Part shown: one piece after another, positions 48,749 through 60,400 of the stretch
Layout of the letters: each line of letters starts with the position of its first letter
How positions within the stretch are numbered: the stretch's first letter is position 1
NCBI GenBank assembly: GCA_905178155.1
Contig: CAJINV010000001.1
Span: 2,780,089 to 2,844,088 of the forward strand
Source: Amoebophrya sp. A120
Taxonomy: Eukaryota; Protista; Dinoflagellata
Length of the DNA stretch: 64,000 nucleotides
Direction of reading: 5' to 3'
Notes under the pieces: model-generated
Database searches by the model: none
Told to the model about the DNA's origin: nothing
The model's input: the letters and a program-made list of their open reading frames with translations, nothing else
Position numbers and translations under genes: made by a program

Positions 48749-49762
48749 CAGGAAGACAGGCCCGGGCGACCTAACGTTTCTAATTGGAAGATAAAAGCGG
48801 GCTAATTTGATGGCCTTTCGAACCCAAGGCCAAAACCAAAGGAGAAGGCGAAAACAGGACGGGGAAGGAAGGTGGCGGCCGAAACATTGGCAGCTGGCTG
48901 AATGAAGACCCAGAGAGAAGAAAAACGGCCCCCGCCGCGGACATTTCGAAAGCCAAAAAAGGAAACCCAAAAGGCAGGCCGGCGGACCCCGAATGCGGTT
49001 GCTTGAGATCCAAGTCCCCACACCGGGTTTCTAATTTGTCGTCTAATTTACCTCCGGCGAACCCCCTCCGGAGTCTGCTAAACTGCTACCCGAATCCAGA
49101 GCCCCCCCATTCTAACCTGCCTGCTAACCTGCATCTAATTTTTTTTGGCCCCTTCTAATTTGTCGTCTAATCGTGTTCTAACTTGCATCCCCCTGTGCAC
49201 ACCAGGGTCGGAAATTCCAATGGGATTTCGTTGATGAAAAAAACATCAACGAAATCCCATTGGAATTCCCTACCCGTACGCAGTTAGATGCCAGTTAGAA
49301 CAGGTTAGCCGACCAATTAGATGCGGTTAGCTGACGGGTTAGAAGACCCGTTTCGGATGGGCGAAGAACTTGCTTTGCAAGTTAGAAATGCAAATTAGAA
49401 ATTTGGCCTTGCCGTTTAGTGCCCACCTTCCTGGGCAATTAGATCACCCAAACCCAACCACATCCGGGTGATCTAATTCGGGAAGCGACATGAGCAAGTC
49501 CCCCGGGAGCTCGAACAACACAACACTCACCCGAAAAGGAAACACCCACAACAAACCAAAGACAATCCCCCCGCCCGCCTTTATACCCAAAAACACGCCG
49601 AATTTTTATATTTTAAAACCCCCAAAGAAGCGGAGCGGCAGCCGGCTCCTGCCAAGCATGCCACCCGGCGCGCAACACATGGCAGAGACAACGGCGCCGA
49701 TACAAATTAGCCATTTTTTAGCAGCCAATTAGGGCGGGAATTCGCCCGGACCTGTCTGCCTG
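48749..49762. mobile_element. Second hAT-type MITE (1014 bp), diverged relative of 45231-46289
   Basis: 21-bp TIR CAGG(A/C)AGACAGG(C/T)CCGGGCGA (19/21 identity) and the same ctaa/ttag foldback layout. The TSD cannot be tested because the left flank is in the gap. Confidence 0.75.
49213..49267. repeat. Perfect 24-bp hairpin with an A7 loop
   Basis: aattccaatgggatttcgttgatg-aaaaaaa-catcaacgaaatcccattggaatt. Confidence 0.95.
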
Positions 49763-50183
49763 AAAACGGGGAAAGCGGGAAGCATCGGCCCACGGGAAAA
49801 GCCGCGCCCCCGCACCAGGCGAACAACTACCCAACACCCCCCCCCGGCGCCCTCCCTCTGCTCACGAGAACACTGGCAGAAGGCGCCGCCGTCCGCCGCC
49901 TCTTGGGGGCAAGCACGTGAAAAGCGAGAGCACGGGGAAAGCGGGAAGCACGGGGAAGGCGCATGCAAAACACGAGGATGGAAAGCGGGCGGGAGGCACG
50001 GGGCGGGAAACACGGGGAAAGCGGGAAGCACGGGGGAGCCGGGAAGCAGCAGCCCGCCCCACGGGGAAAGCCGCGCCCCAAAACCATGCGAGCAACTGCC
50101 CGCCCAACACCCTCCCCCGGCGCCCTCCCCCTGTTCACGAGGAGACGGGCAGACAGAGGGCGCCACCGTCCGCCGCCTCTTGG
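49763..50183 (+). repeat. Second block of the G-rich satellite, same orientation as 42708-43534
   Basis: Same cacggggaaagcggg units and the ...cacgagaacactggcag...ccgccgcctcttgg block. Confidence 0.9.
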
Positions 50184-50456
50184 AAGCTGCGCGCGAGGGG
50201 GGGCGGGGGCGGCGCAGATTGCATGCAAGCTAACGCGTGGGGCGCCGCTGCTGTCCGGGGGTGCGGGGGGAGGGTGGTGGGCCCCTGCGCCTACAAAGCT
50301 AGCAATGCCCCGCTCCGGCGCCCGTCCTCTATGTATCCACGCGCGCGGCAGGGGCCCCAACAGGCCTCTGCTCTGCAAGGCTGCGCGCGGGAAAAGAAGG
50401 GGTGGGGGCGCCAAGGCGTGCAGGGAGGAGCGGCCGGCGCGGGGCGCGCCGGCAGG

Positions 50457-50513
50457 CTTAGGGTTTAGGGTGATTTCTAGGGCCATGCGGGGCTTAGGGC
50501 TTAGGGTTTAGGG
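50457..50513 (+). repeat. Interstitial telomere-like repeats (T/C)TTAGGG
   Basis: cttagggtttaggg...cttagggcttagggtttaggg, five near-perfect units plus one degenerate unit. Confidence 0.6.
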
Positions 50514-50879
50514 CCATGCGGGGCGCACCGGCGCGGCCGCGCATGGCGCGGGCTCTTCTCCTGCTTTCTTCCCCCGTCCAGTGGCGCCCGCCCGCTGCAG
50601 CGCTTGGCGTTCTTGGGCCTAAAGCTTTCCGCCTAGGGCGCGCGCCCAATGCGGGCGAGGTTTCACGCTCGCACAACGACGGGGGCGGGCCACGGGCTCC
50701 ATGGCGCTCCACATTGGTTCTTTCAACAAGAAACGGCGCAGATGCTTGGTCCCACCCTGCATCGGAAATCTTTCCCCTTGCCCATCCTCTGGCGTTTTTC
50801 TTTCCCCCCTGTCCACTCGTTCGCCCTCCCACTGCGCGACATAAGCTGCGGCCTTGTAATTTCTTTCTCCCGAGATATC

Positions 50880-51560
50880 TCCATGATCCGAATCCCAATG
50901 ATGAGATTCATCGGAATCTTAATCCTTCCTGTTATTCTATCATTCTGATGGAATCAAAAAAATGAATCCAAATTTAGATGGATTATTTTTATTTTCATGG
51001 AGAAAATAAATATATCATTCTTTTTTCTTGTATATCTGGATATATCATTGATTTTTCGAGAGCCGAAGATATCCATCATTCAATTCTCACATCAATTCAT
51101 CTCTATCACCATCAATTTTGAAAAATTTTGACTATTTTTAGAGTCATTTTCTATTGCAATAATTTCTAATTCTTCAAACGACAACCAACAATAAATTCAT
51201 GAATTTGCAACGATTATTTCCATAAAAATTCAGGAAAAAAATCAAATTCTTTCCTTCAAAATAATTGCTTCAATATTCACTCTCAAAGATCACAGATCAG
51301 ATCTATATCACCCCAGAATGATACACATCCAAAATCCAGAAAACAAAATTTCGATCTCGATGAATTTTTGGATATTATCATTTGCAATTCATCGAGAAAC
51401 AGAATGAGTCAACAAACAGAAAATTAGGATCTGACTTTGAATGCATCGGGAATATCCATTCGGGTGTGTTGATTCGTTGCATGTTAGAGGAACACATATT
51501 GGTTTGATTACTTTTCGTTTTTCATTTGAAGATTTCTGTTTCTTTCCTGTCTCCTATGTT
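50880..51560. other. AT-rich, ATC/GAT-rich right flank of the strand-switch complex
   Basis: Composition mirrors 40740-41375, with no ORF. Confidence 0.6.
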
Positions 51561-51814
51561 GTTGTCCTCATCGTCTAGTCAATGTCTTGTTTGCTCGCCG
51601 AAGTGTCCGTCGACTTCTTGCAATTGATATATAAAGCGACCAGTATAAGTCAAAGCCTTCGTACAAACGTGGATCTCGTTAAACTTCCAAACTACAGCTC
51701 GAGCGGCTTTCACATTGCAAGAGATCCTTTCGATAGAAATCATCGCCACCAGATTCGGTCTTGGACATCACAGTTGTTCTGGCAAGGCTTTCTCGTGTGA
51801 TGTCGCAAGAACCT

Positions 51815-53695
51815 TCAACCGCTCTTTTTCCTGGCCGCGAAAGCAATAGCGACGGCAACGAGCCCGAGCAACACGAGGGCTATTACATCGCCGGAGAGCA
51901 ATCCCAGCAGAACGAGCGACGTCGTCACCAAGAGCACACACACGAGGGCGCGGAACGTGCTTTCCGGCATGTACCGGGCAAGTCGATTGCCGAGGTGGGT
52001 ACCCAGAAACCCGGCGAGGATCGGCAGGAGATAGAGCAGCAGGCCGTAGTGCGTGACTTGAATGTGTTGGTGCACGAAGGCGAGCCGCACGTAGGACTCG
52101 GCGATGACGGACAAGGGAAAGAGACACCGTGCGAACGCGGAGGGAAAGTCGGCCGCGGGAAGCGCCAGCATGAGTAGCATGTGTGGTGGACCGCCGAGAC
52201 CGACCATCCCCAGGAAGAACCCGCTCACCAAACCGGTCAGGACCAGGCTAACCCGCACGTAAGGCTTCAAGTGCATGCCTCCCAGAAGTGTCGGCGACGG
52301 ACACGGAGGGCAGTTTGATGATGGATGTGGTTCATCTCCTGAAGACAGCTTCCCTTCATCTGTGACTACTACTGCAACAGCATTTTCTGTTTTCCCTTCA
52401 TCTTTCTTGCCTTCGGCTGCATTCTGTGGAAATGCGCGAAGTTCAGGAGCATCGCAGCGATTTTGTTCTTCCAGCACTTCATCACCACGACTCGTGGCGC
52501 GTACAACTTCGTGAATGCGACAAGAATTGTCACACTCCCCGTTGTAGCCCTGCGATATTTTTTCGCAGGACTTCTTGGCTTCTGAGTGGAATTTCATCGG
52601 GTGCAACAGCTCGTGGGTCTCCTGCAGAGGACTCCGGTCCCCCGCCAGGCAAGCGGGTTTCGCGATCGTGACGTCTTCTAGTTGTATCACGTTAGTACTA
52701 GAATTCGCGGAAAATAGATTTTGTGCTCCCGCTGCACCAGAGGAGACCGGTGTAGAGACATCAGACGAGGCGCCATCACTCGCTGCTGAAGGTGAGAACG
52801 CCAATGTCGATAAGGTACGGACGGCGTTTGTTCTCGGCGTACTTTGTTGCGTACTCCACGTCAGGGCTGTGTCGAGGTGGTCAAAGGGGGTCCCGCTCGT
52901 ATTGATTTCCATCTCAACCTCGGACTTCGTAGCAGGTGTGGATGTGGAGGTTAGTGCGCCTGAAGCGATAGGGTCAACATTTTCGTCGCAGCCAGCGACG
53001 CTATCGTTCTTATCAGAACCGATAATTGCGTTGCTCTTGTCCTCCTTCTCGCTTTTGTTCCGCTTTCTATACTGTTCCAACAGAAACCAGAGGGCTGCGA
53101 GCCAGAAAAACACATGCGCCAGGAGTGTGCGGATAACGTCGGCGTCGACCTGCCTGTAGACCAGCGCACCCGTCGGCGAGGCCGCCAGTGTGGGAACCGC
53201 CACGAGCACTGCGTACCGCCACACTTCGGGAGCCGCCTTCCGCTGCAGGTACACCAGGTAGGTGCCTTGGAAAATCTGCAGCAAGGTGATGAGCCCGACG
53301 AAAAAATCGTATTCTGCAAACGGGTTGTTGTTTCGAGTGTCTTGAGGCTGCACTGCTTCTGCGCCACGACTCGCGGCTATCACGGAGTTGTTACTACCTT
53401 GTGGACCAGAAGTGAGCGCCGAGACTACACTAGTACTGTCGCCGTTGCTGCTGCTTGTGGTCCCGGTACTTGGAGCTGCGGTGCTTGGAGCTAACGGAAT
53501 AGAAGATGTACTACTGCTAGTGCCGGCGGATGCGTTCGTTTCCCAAATGACATAGCCCAGGTTCCAGCAACACAACATAAAAAGAGTGTCTCCCACACCG
53601 GTCACACCGCGCACGAAGGACGCTCCGAATGCAGTCACAACCACTGGCAGCAAAAATCCCGCGGGAGATATTTCGTCGCTAATTAGGGGGACCAT
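51815..53695 (-). CDS. TauE/SafE (TSUP) family sulfite exporter-like membrane protein
   Basis: Two-repeat signature GASFVRGVTGVG ... GLVSGFFLGMVGLGGPP, multiple TM segments and long low-complexity loops. Confidence 0.8.
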   Translation of the reverse strand: MVPLISDEISPAGFLLPVVVTAFGASFVRGVTGVGDTLFMLCCWNLGYVIWETNASAGTSSSTSSIPLAPSTAAPSTGTTSSSNGDSTSVVSALTSGPQGSNNSVIAASRGAEAVQPQDTRNNNPFAEYDFFVGLITLLQIFQGTYLVYLQRKAAPEVWRYAVLVAVPTLAASPTGALVYRQVDADVIRTLLAHVFFWLAALWFLLEQYRKRNKSEKEDKSNAIIGSDKNDSVAGCDENVDPIASGALTSTSTPATKSEVEMEINTSGTPFDHLDTALTWSTQQSTPRTNAVRTLSTLAFSPSAASDGASSDVSTPVSSGAAGAQNLFSANSSTNVIQLEDVTIAKPACLAGDRSPLQETHELLHPMKFHSEAKKSCEKISQGYNGECDNSCRIHEVVRATSRGDEVLEEQNRCDAPELRAFPQNAAEGKKDEGKTENAVAVVVTDEGKLSSGDEPHPSSNCPPCPSPTLLGGMHLKPYVRVSLVLTGLVSGFFLGMVGLGGPPHMLLMLALPAADFPSAFARCLFPLSVIAESYVRLAFVHQHIQVTHYGLLLYLLPILAGFLGTHLGNRLARYMPESTFRALVCVLLVTTSLVLLGLLSGDVIALVLLGLVAVAIAFAARKKSG

Positions 53696-54457
53696 GGATG
53701 GCAATGGTTCTTCACACTAGTAGACCCCACAGTTATCAAGGTACTACTTTATTGAACTTGAAGAGCTCTTGCGCGAGCAAAAAGACGGCGACTACACCTG
53801 CTCGACGCGGATACTACGTGAATGTAAAGGTGGGACAAAGTCTAGCCGGTAGACATTAGTACGAGGAAAATCAAAATGAAAATGGCAATGGGGGGCTTGG
53901 AGGAGCTGCTGAAAGGAATAAAACATACATCCTTGATAACGAAAAGTTTCGCATGGCATCCACCAAGAGAGCTGCAACGACTACGAGTCAGTGTTAGCGT
54001 ACGCAGGGACAATCGGACGAAAACATTAGAGAACGTCAACGTAGTGAAAATCGAACGCAACCGAACATTTTAGAATCAGAAAAGCAATACAACTTCTGTC
54101 ATGATGACAGAAGCATAAGCAACCGAACTTTCAAAACCGGAAAAGCCGAAGTCATTTTTGTTTACTACATTTCGATGCCGTGGTAGGCTCTCGTCAACCG
54201 AAATACTATTTACTCCTTAGGCTTAGTCTTGCACTTGCTGTTTCACTACCGACGCAGCATGTAGTACGGGGGAAGCAAACTCGATCAACTTGAAGCCGAT
54301 GAGTCCGAATGAACGAACTCTTTTCATTTAACCGATGGCACTTGAAAAAAAACCTGTCGCGATCATCGCCGTATATTTTCGTGTTACAGCATGTCTTCGT
54401 GGGGTTACTTATTTTGCATGTGTAGTTAATTCGTTTTTAGTGTTTCTTTCATCGCCT

Positions 54458-57400
54458 CTAGTCCCACCGTTCCTCGATAAACCTATGTCGCGCTATGTTT
54501 TTGTCCTCATCAATAGTGTCTGTTTCTATGCCTATGAGTCTCAGGGTTTCGCGGAGACCGCCCTGATGCATGACGAGGTCCATGATTTCTCGCTTGTCGG
54601 TCAAAGCCAGCACGTCGGGCGTTCTCTCGGTCACCAACTCTCGCAGCCGCACTCGTGTTTCGTCAATCAGCTTGGGGGAAAAAAGCTGCCGCAGGTCGGA
54701 GAGGCTCAGGCTAGAGTCGTCGCTTATCCGGTCCAGGCCGTGCTGCCTGTGTATCATTTGAAAAGCGAAGATTGTACGGGCATGCGCGGCCTGTTAAGGA
54801 CATTCATAGTAGTCGTGCAACGTGAAAGAGAAAATGGAGCGGCAAAAAATCTTACTTGCCACTTACCTGACGATTGTTTTCAAGACTTTGCGCATCTGTT
54901 TCAAGCTTTTGTTCGTGCCATCCCCAGCACTATCCTCGGTTTGCATCGGAACCACAGTGGACACAATTTCTCGGGGGGACACAACGAAGGCGTGGTTTCC
55001 GAATTGAACTGTCACTTCCAACCCGGAATGGGAATCGTCCACACAGGGCCTGCGGGTGTCAGTGCGAATCGCGGCTGCGGCAGTTGCTTTCTGTTCGAGC
55101 ACATTTTGTTCACTAGCAGAATCTCGTCCTTTATTGAAGATCGAGCCGGGTCCGCGAGTCACTTCCTGCACCGTCCCCTGCTTCCCCGCAGCAATACATT
55201 TGACCGGTTTTTTGCTGCTCGGTTGGTTGCAAACAGACGTCGTCAGGGTGACGGGCTCGCCGATGGCAAACATGAATGTAGAGCCCGCAACTGCGGTGAA
55301 GAATCTGTAGTCGTAGTGCGAAATTGCATCAGAACGAATAGGCAAGTCGTCAAACTGCTTGTCAGTAGTTGCAAGCGACAGCGCAAATCAGTGAAAAAAA
55401 AATGGCATAATACGTCCACTCCAAGGTGTGCAGTGCCCACGGACTCAAGTGCACAATTCGCTGCAACGGGCGTAGCATCTGCTGCTCGTAGGCGAAAACC
55501 ACCTCAATCGCTTCCTGCCACACGTGCCAGAGATCGGACGCGGTGAGCCGCAGCGGCCGGGAGAGTAACCGCATTGACAACGCGTCCACCAGATGTTGCG
55601 GGGCGCAGGGGACGTGATTCGTCGTCGCGCTAGAGGTCGTGACTGGTTCATCTCGTGAGTCATTCAGTATCCTGCTGCACCGGTTGTCTCCGAGCAAACG
55701 TGCCACAATTCTGATGTCATTTGCCATCTGGGGCAGCAAAGTCGCAATCGAATCGCTATGTCGCTGCGCCTCCTTCCTCCAATCAGACAAGTCGACAAAG
55801 AGGGTAGCCCGGCTCCGCGGCAGGTCGGTTTTGCTACTGCGGAATTCAAAAAGAATGTCGAGGTACTCCACTAGCCGGGACGAAATTTGCGTCAGGGAGC
55901 TCAGATCTTCCGGTCGGTCAATTTCTATTGTCGTGTCGACAGAGATTTTTGAGTTGAAATTGCCCTTTTCTCTGTTATTTTCTGTTCCGAAAGGAGCTCG
56001 ACCAATAGTACCGCGTCTGCTCATCATCTTCACCATTTTTGCTTTGTAAGCCTTTGCCACCAAGCGCAACGCCATCTGGAACTCGGAAATGTAGTCCGTA
56101 ATCTGCTGCTGCACTTCGACCGCGATGTCGGGGAAGGCGAATTGGAACGGGACCGGGGTCCACACGTGCTGGAAGTGGGATTTTTGGGATAACGAGATTC
56201 CCTCTTGGTACAAGACCTGGCGCAACAGCTCTAAATTTCCCTGGTCGAAGTAACCCTGTAGAACGCGCTGCAAGCGGTTTTTCGTCGGGCCGAAGCTCAG
56301 CGCTGGCGGGGCGTCGTCGTGCTTCGGGTCCCCGCGGCCTTGGTGGAGAAGCTTCGCAAGAACAGGCCCTGGTGCTTGTTTCTGGTGTGGGTCTGCAGGC
56401 GAAGTAGAAGCACTACCACTAGCAGTTTGTTGGTCTGCATGCGCAAAATCATGTTGTATTTCCTGTTGCTCTTGTCCAATCTCTTCGGAGTAGTGCTGTC
56501 TCAGCTTGAAAAACTCGTGGACCACCTGCTCGGGCCGGGTGCTTTCGGCGACGATGCGCGAGTAGGACAATGCAGAATCGAAAGACGCGAGGAAATCCAG
56601 GTTGAGTCCCTTCGGAGCCTTTTCCAGCAGCCGCTGCATGGCAGGGGAGGAGGCGCCGTCAAGGATGGCTTTCTGCCTCTTCACCGGGTCCTGCGACAGG
56701 TTTTCCTGCGACAACCGGTCCTGTGCGGCTGGCCCGCTTGTTCCACCGGTGGCATTTTTCCCTTGCTTCTTCCTTTGTTCTTTCAAAAACTTGCGCTCTT
56801 CGCGCAAAATACGGATGAAGAATTTTGTCCACGTACCGTACACGGGAAACTTCACTGCGCGCTCGACGACGTAAACGAGGATGTCGACAATCAGGTTGGG
56901 ATCTAGGCGAAGGAGATCCAGTTTTACCGTTGAAGACTGCACTCGCGCGGCGGCTTCTTGCGTCCCCTGTGGCTTGTTTGATTGATGATCCCGCGAAAGA
57001 GAAGGATGTAGTTCAGCACTTTGAATAATTTCTCGCTTGATCGCATTTGGGTCGTCTATTTCATCCTCAAACTGGGAAGTTCCGGCGGCTGCAAACGGAT
57101 CAACATAATTTTTCGGCTTTTGCGCCGTCGGATCGTGACCAACCGTGTATGCCGCGGCTCCCATTGCCGCGTACCGCCTGCGGGTCCTGGCGGCTTTCGC
57201 CAGCTGGTCGGTGTAGGTTTGATCGTTTGAACCCCCAGCAGCAGCATTTTTCCTACTTCCTTGGTCCACGGACGAGGGAATTCTCCAGGTGTCTTTCTGC
57301 ATGAGCAAGCCGCCCCAGCTTCGGCTTACTTCCACGGGCACCGTCGCGAAATCTGTGCTCACAGTCTCGTGCACTCTGTGCTGAATGGACGTTTTGTCTT

Positions 57401-60400
57401 GCAAGGAGTTCGGATCGTAGTCGCTCATGCGCGGCCACAAACCCCCCGCCTCCGCGATATAGTCGGGAATGACGATTTTTTTCTTGCTTCTCTTGAAAGT
57501 CGCGACCTTCGGCGCTCGGTGCCGGTTCAGATCAAGGGTTTGGGTCGGAGGCGCACCACTGGAGGAAGAAGAATCGATTGACGATCGTGAAGATGCAGCG
57601 TTCTCAGCAGGTTGTCCTCGCGACGAGGCTGAAGGTTTCGGCGATGTTGTACTAGTTGTGCTCGTGGTTGGTAAAATTTTTGATTCCGTTTTCAATTTCG
57701 GCAGCTCGTCATCTGTCATCCAGGGAGTTGTTGTTTGATCCAATTTTACTACCACGCCCGGACAACAGCCAGAAAACACCACGCGGATCAGCGTCTGCAA
57801 GACCCGGGGGTCCACCCACCAGCGGAGAAGGGCAAGAATGCCCGAGGCGACCTGTCCCTGCACGGCGTGGTGGCGCAAGATCGATGCCCACTGCGCCTGC
57901 AGTTTCTTATCGTTGTCATGCGGCATCAGTTCCATCGTGATTGCGCGGACCAACCACTCGTAGACGAAGGAATACTGCTCATTGGATCCGGCGGTGGTGA
58001 ACTGCAGGTCTTTCCGATTTCCCTCCAGCCGCCGGAGCGCGGCCTCCACGCGGCGCAGTTCGTTGCGCGCCTTGTCGTCGCGCGATAGCCGTAGTGCCTC
58101 CAGCTGCTCGGTGACGGGGTCCGGACCCGCTGGGCAGTGCTTTTCCGCCTCAGCGTCGTCAAGCGGAAAGCTGCCCGGGTAATCCGGGTCGGAAGGGGGA
58201 ATGTCGGGGTCAAGTTCGAAAGGATTTGGTTTTTCATCTGCCGGTTCTGGTGTGCGGTTCAGTGTTTCTGCCACCTTCCTTTTTATTTTTGCGTGGTCCT
58301 GTTTTGCGTGGTCTTGCTCAACGGGATCTTCATTCTGCCGTTTTTCTTTATTCCAGTTTTCGTAGTGTCTTGCGTCTGCAGCTGACATTGCGACAGTCAC
58401 TGACCCGAACTGCATAGTCACCATGTCCTGCTTTGACAAAATTTTCTCTGCGTCAGCTTTACGTGCGGCCGCAGAACTATAAGGCTGTTTTTGTGCTTGT
58501 CGTGCGGCGGTGCTGTCGGAAGGAGCAGCAGCTCCAGCTCCTGCGTTCTTCATGGGTTCTTGCTTCTGTCTACCGCTTCCCTTTCCCCGTTTCTTGCTCT
58601 TCGTTCTAAGCTCTCTTTCTCGCGCTATTCTCTTTATGATCGACCCCGGATTTTCGACCTCGCGATCCAGGTCGACGCCGAAAAGCAAGGCCCGAAAGCG
58701 CGGCGCGCCAAGCAGGCATGCAAGACGATTGCGCGAGTTCAGGTTGATCAGATTTCGTTTGGCCGGCAGCAGGTTGGCGGATGCTGGAATCGATCTCTGT
58801 CCCCTCGGGTCGGAGGTACTAGTACGTGCAGTTCCAGCAGTTGTGCCACTGACTGTTACAGTTCCATCTGCGTGTCGTGCCTGGCCCTTTTTCAACAACG
58901 CAATCCGCTTGAGAAACGACTGCAACAGCCTCCCCTGAATGGGCTTCGTGTGCGATTCCGGCGCATTTCCGACCGGGTGGTCGAAGAGCAAGCGGCGAAG
59001 CGCCTGCTCATCCAGGGAGAGCGCTTTGCTCGCATGCGTCTTGATCCACGTGTCGCTGCGCTCGGGCAGGCGTGGTTTATTCATCTCTGCCGACCCCGAG
59101 AGTTGTGCCAGATGTGGTTCATTCCCTTCGCCCCGGAGGGGAGCCACACAAATATCGGCGCCTAGCGCCAGGTGACTTGTCGGGAGTAGAAAAGACCAGC
59201 CGGCGTCAGTCGGAAGGAGCCACGGTTGCTCCGTCGAAGACACGTAAGACGAACCATGATCTCCCGCACTGCAGTAGTTCTGACGCTCAAGAGAATCTAC
59301 TACGGGACGATCTGCAAGAACACCAGATGAAGCCTGTGCGCTGCTTGATCCCCCGACTACGTTTTCGCCTTTTATTCTACTCTCCGGGTCCGGACGAAGT
59401 GCGGATGCGTGTAGCGAGGTGTGAGTCTCCGTTGTTTCTACTGGCGACGGTACTATTGGCCGCTGATTTATTCGACCTACAGACGAACCACGAGCGAGGA
59501 ACCCCGCACATTCCTGCACACTACTGGCCACTTCCAGCTGCGTACTGAGTAACGGCGGATCGTGCCTTTTCTTTGCTTCCACCTCGGCGCGACAGCTTTT
59601 CCGATCGGCGTTCACCGTCGCTTTCACATCGTAATAGGCGGTTGGGTAGTTTTCTGGAAATACATGCTCGGATGAAAAAAGACCACTTCTATCCGGTTTT
59701 TCCACCCCGACGGGGAAGAACCGCCACCAGTTGAGCAGCTGCATGTTGTCCGTGCCGAAGGAGTTTCTCAGCTCCTTCTTTGTCAATTTCCGGAACGCTT
59801 CGTCACTGATTTGAATTTTCGGCACGCGCAGCAGCGAAAACTGGTGTTCATTTTTGTCCTCACCTTGATTTTGATCTTCATCTCCCGGGATCGTAACCGC
59901 GGCGATCATCGCTTCCTGATCAGGATTCAAAAAGGAAAACGTCCAGGGGACATCGGCAATCCGTTCGTGATCCTTTTCCGCCAACGCGTCCCCGAATTTC
60001 TGCCAGCTAACCGCTTCGAGGTTCACTTCGACCAGGATGGAAAAAACGCTCACTTCACTGAGCCCCAAGAGCGGCGAGGACGCCTGGCGCATCAAATCGG
60101 AGCAAGAGAAGGGGCCGGCAAAGTTCTCGGCGAGTTCCATGATTCGGCGATGGGCAAAATCCGCCCAGGTTTCGGCACCAGAAGGAGGCGTGGCAGATGT
60201 TTTTGTGTGCTTCTTGTTTTCGTCGATCTTCTCTGTTTTCATTCTGGTGAACCGATTTTCCGCTACCTCTTCCGACCACTCAGAGCCCTCTTGCACCAGC
60301 GGCACTTCTGTGCGCCCGATGCTTGCCTGTAAGTCGTACAGTGGCGTGCCAACTCGGTCGGGAATCATTGCGACCACGTAGTCGTAGTGCGAGGCGTTTT

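Noticed and set aside
45231-49762. Single composite transposon defined by the two MITEs
   Set aside because: The left MITE has its own TSD on both sides, so it inserted independently, and the outer flanks (aagatcgt vs aaaacggg) do not match.
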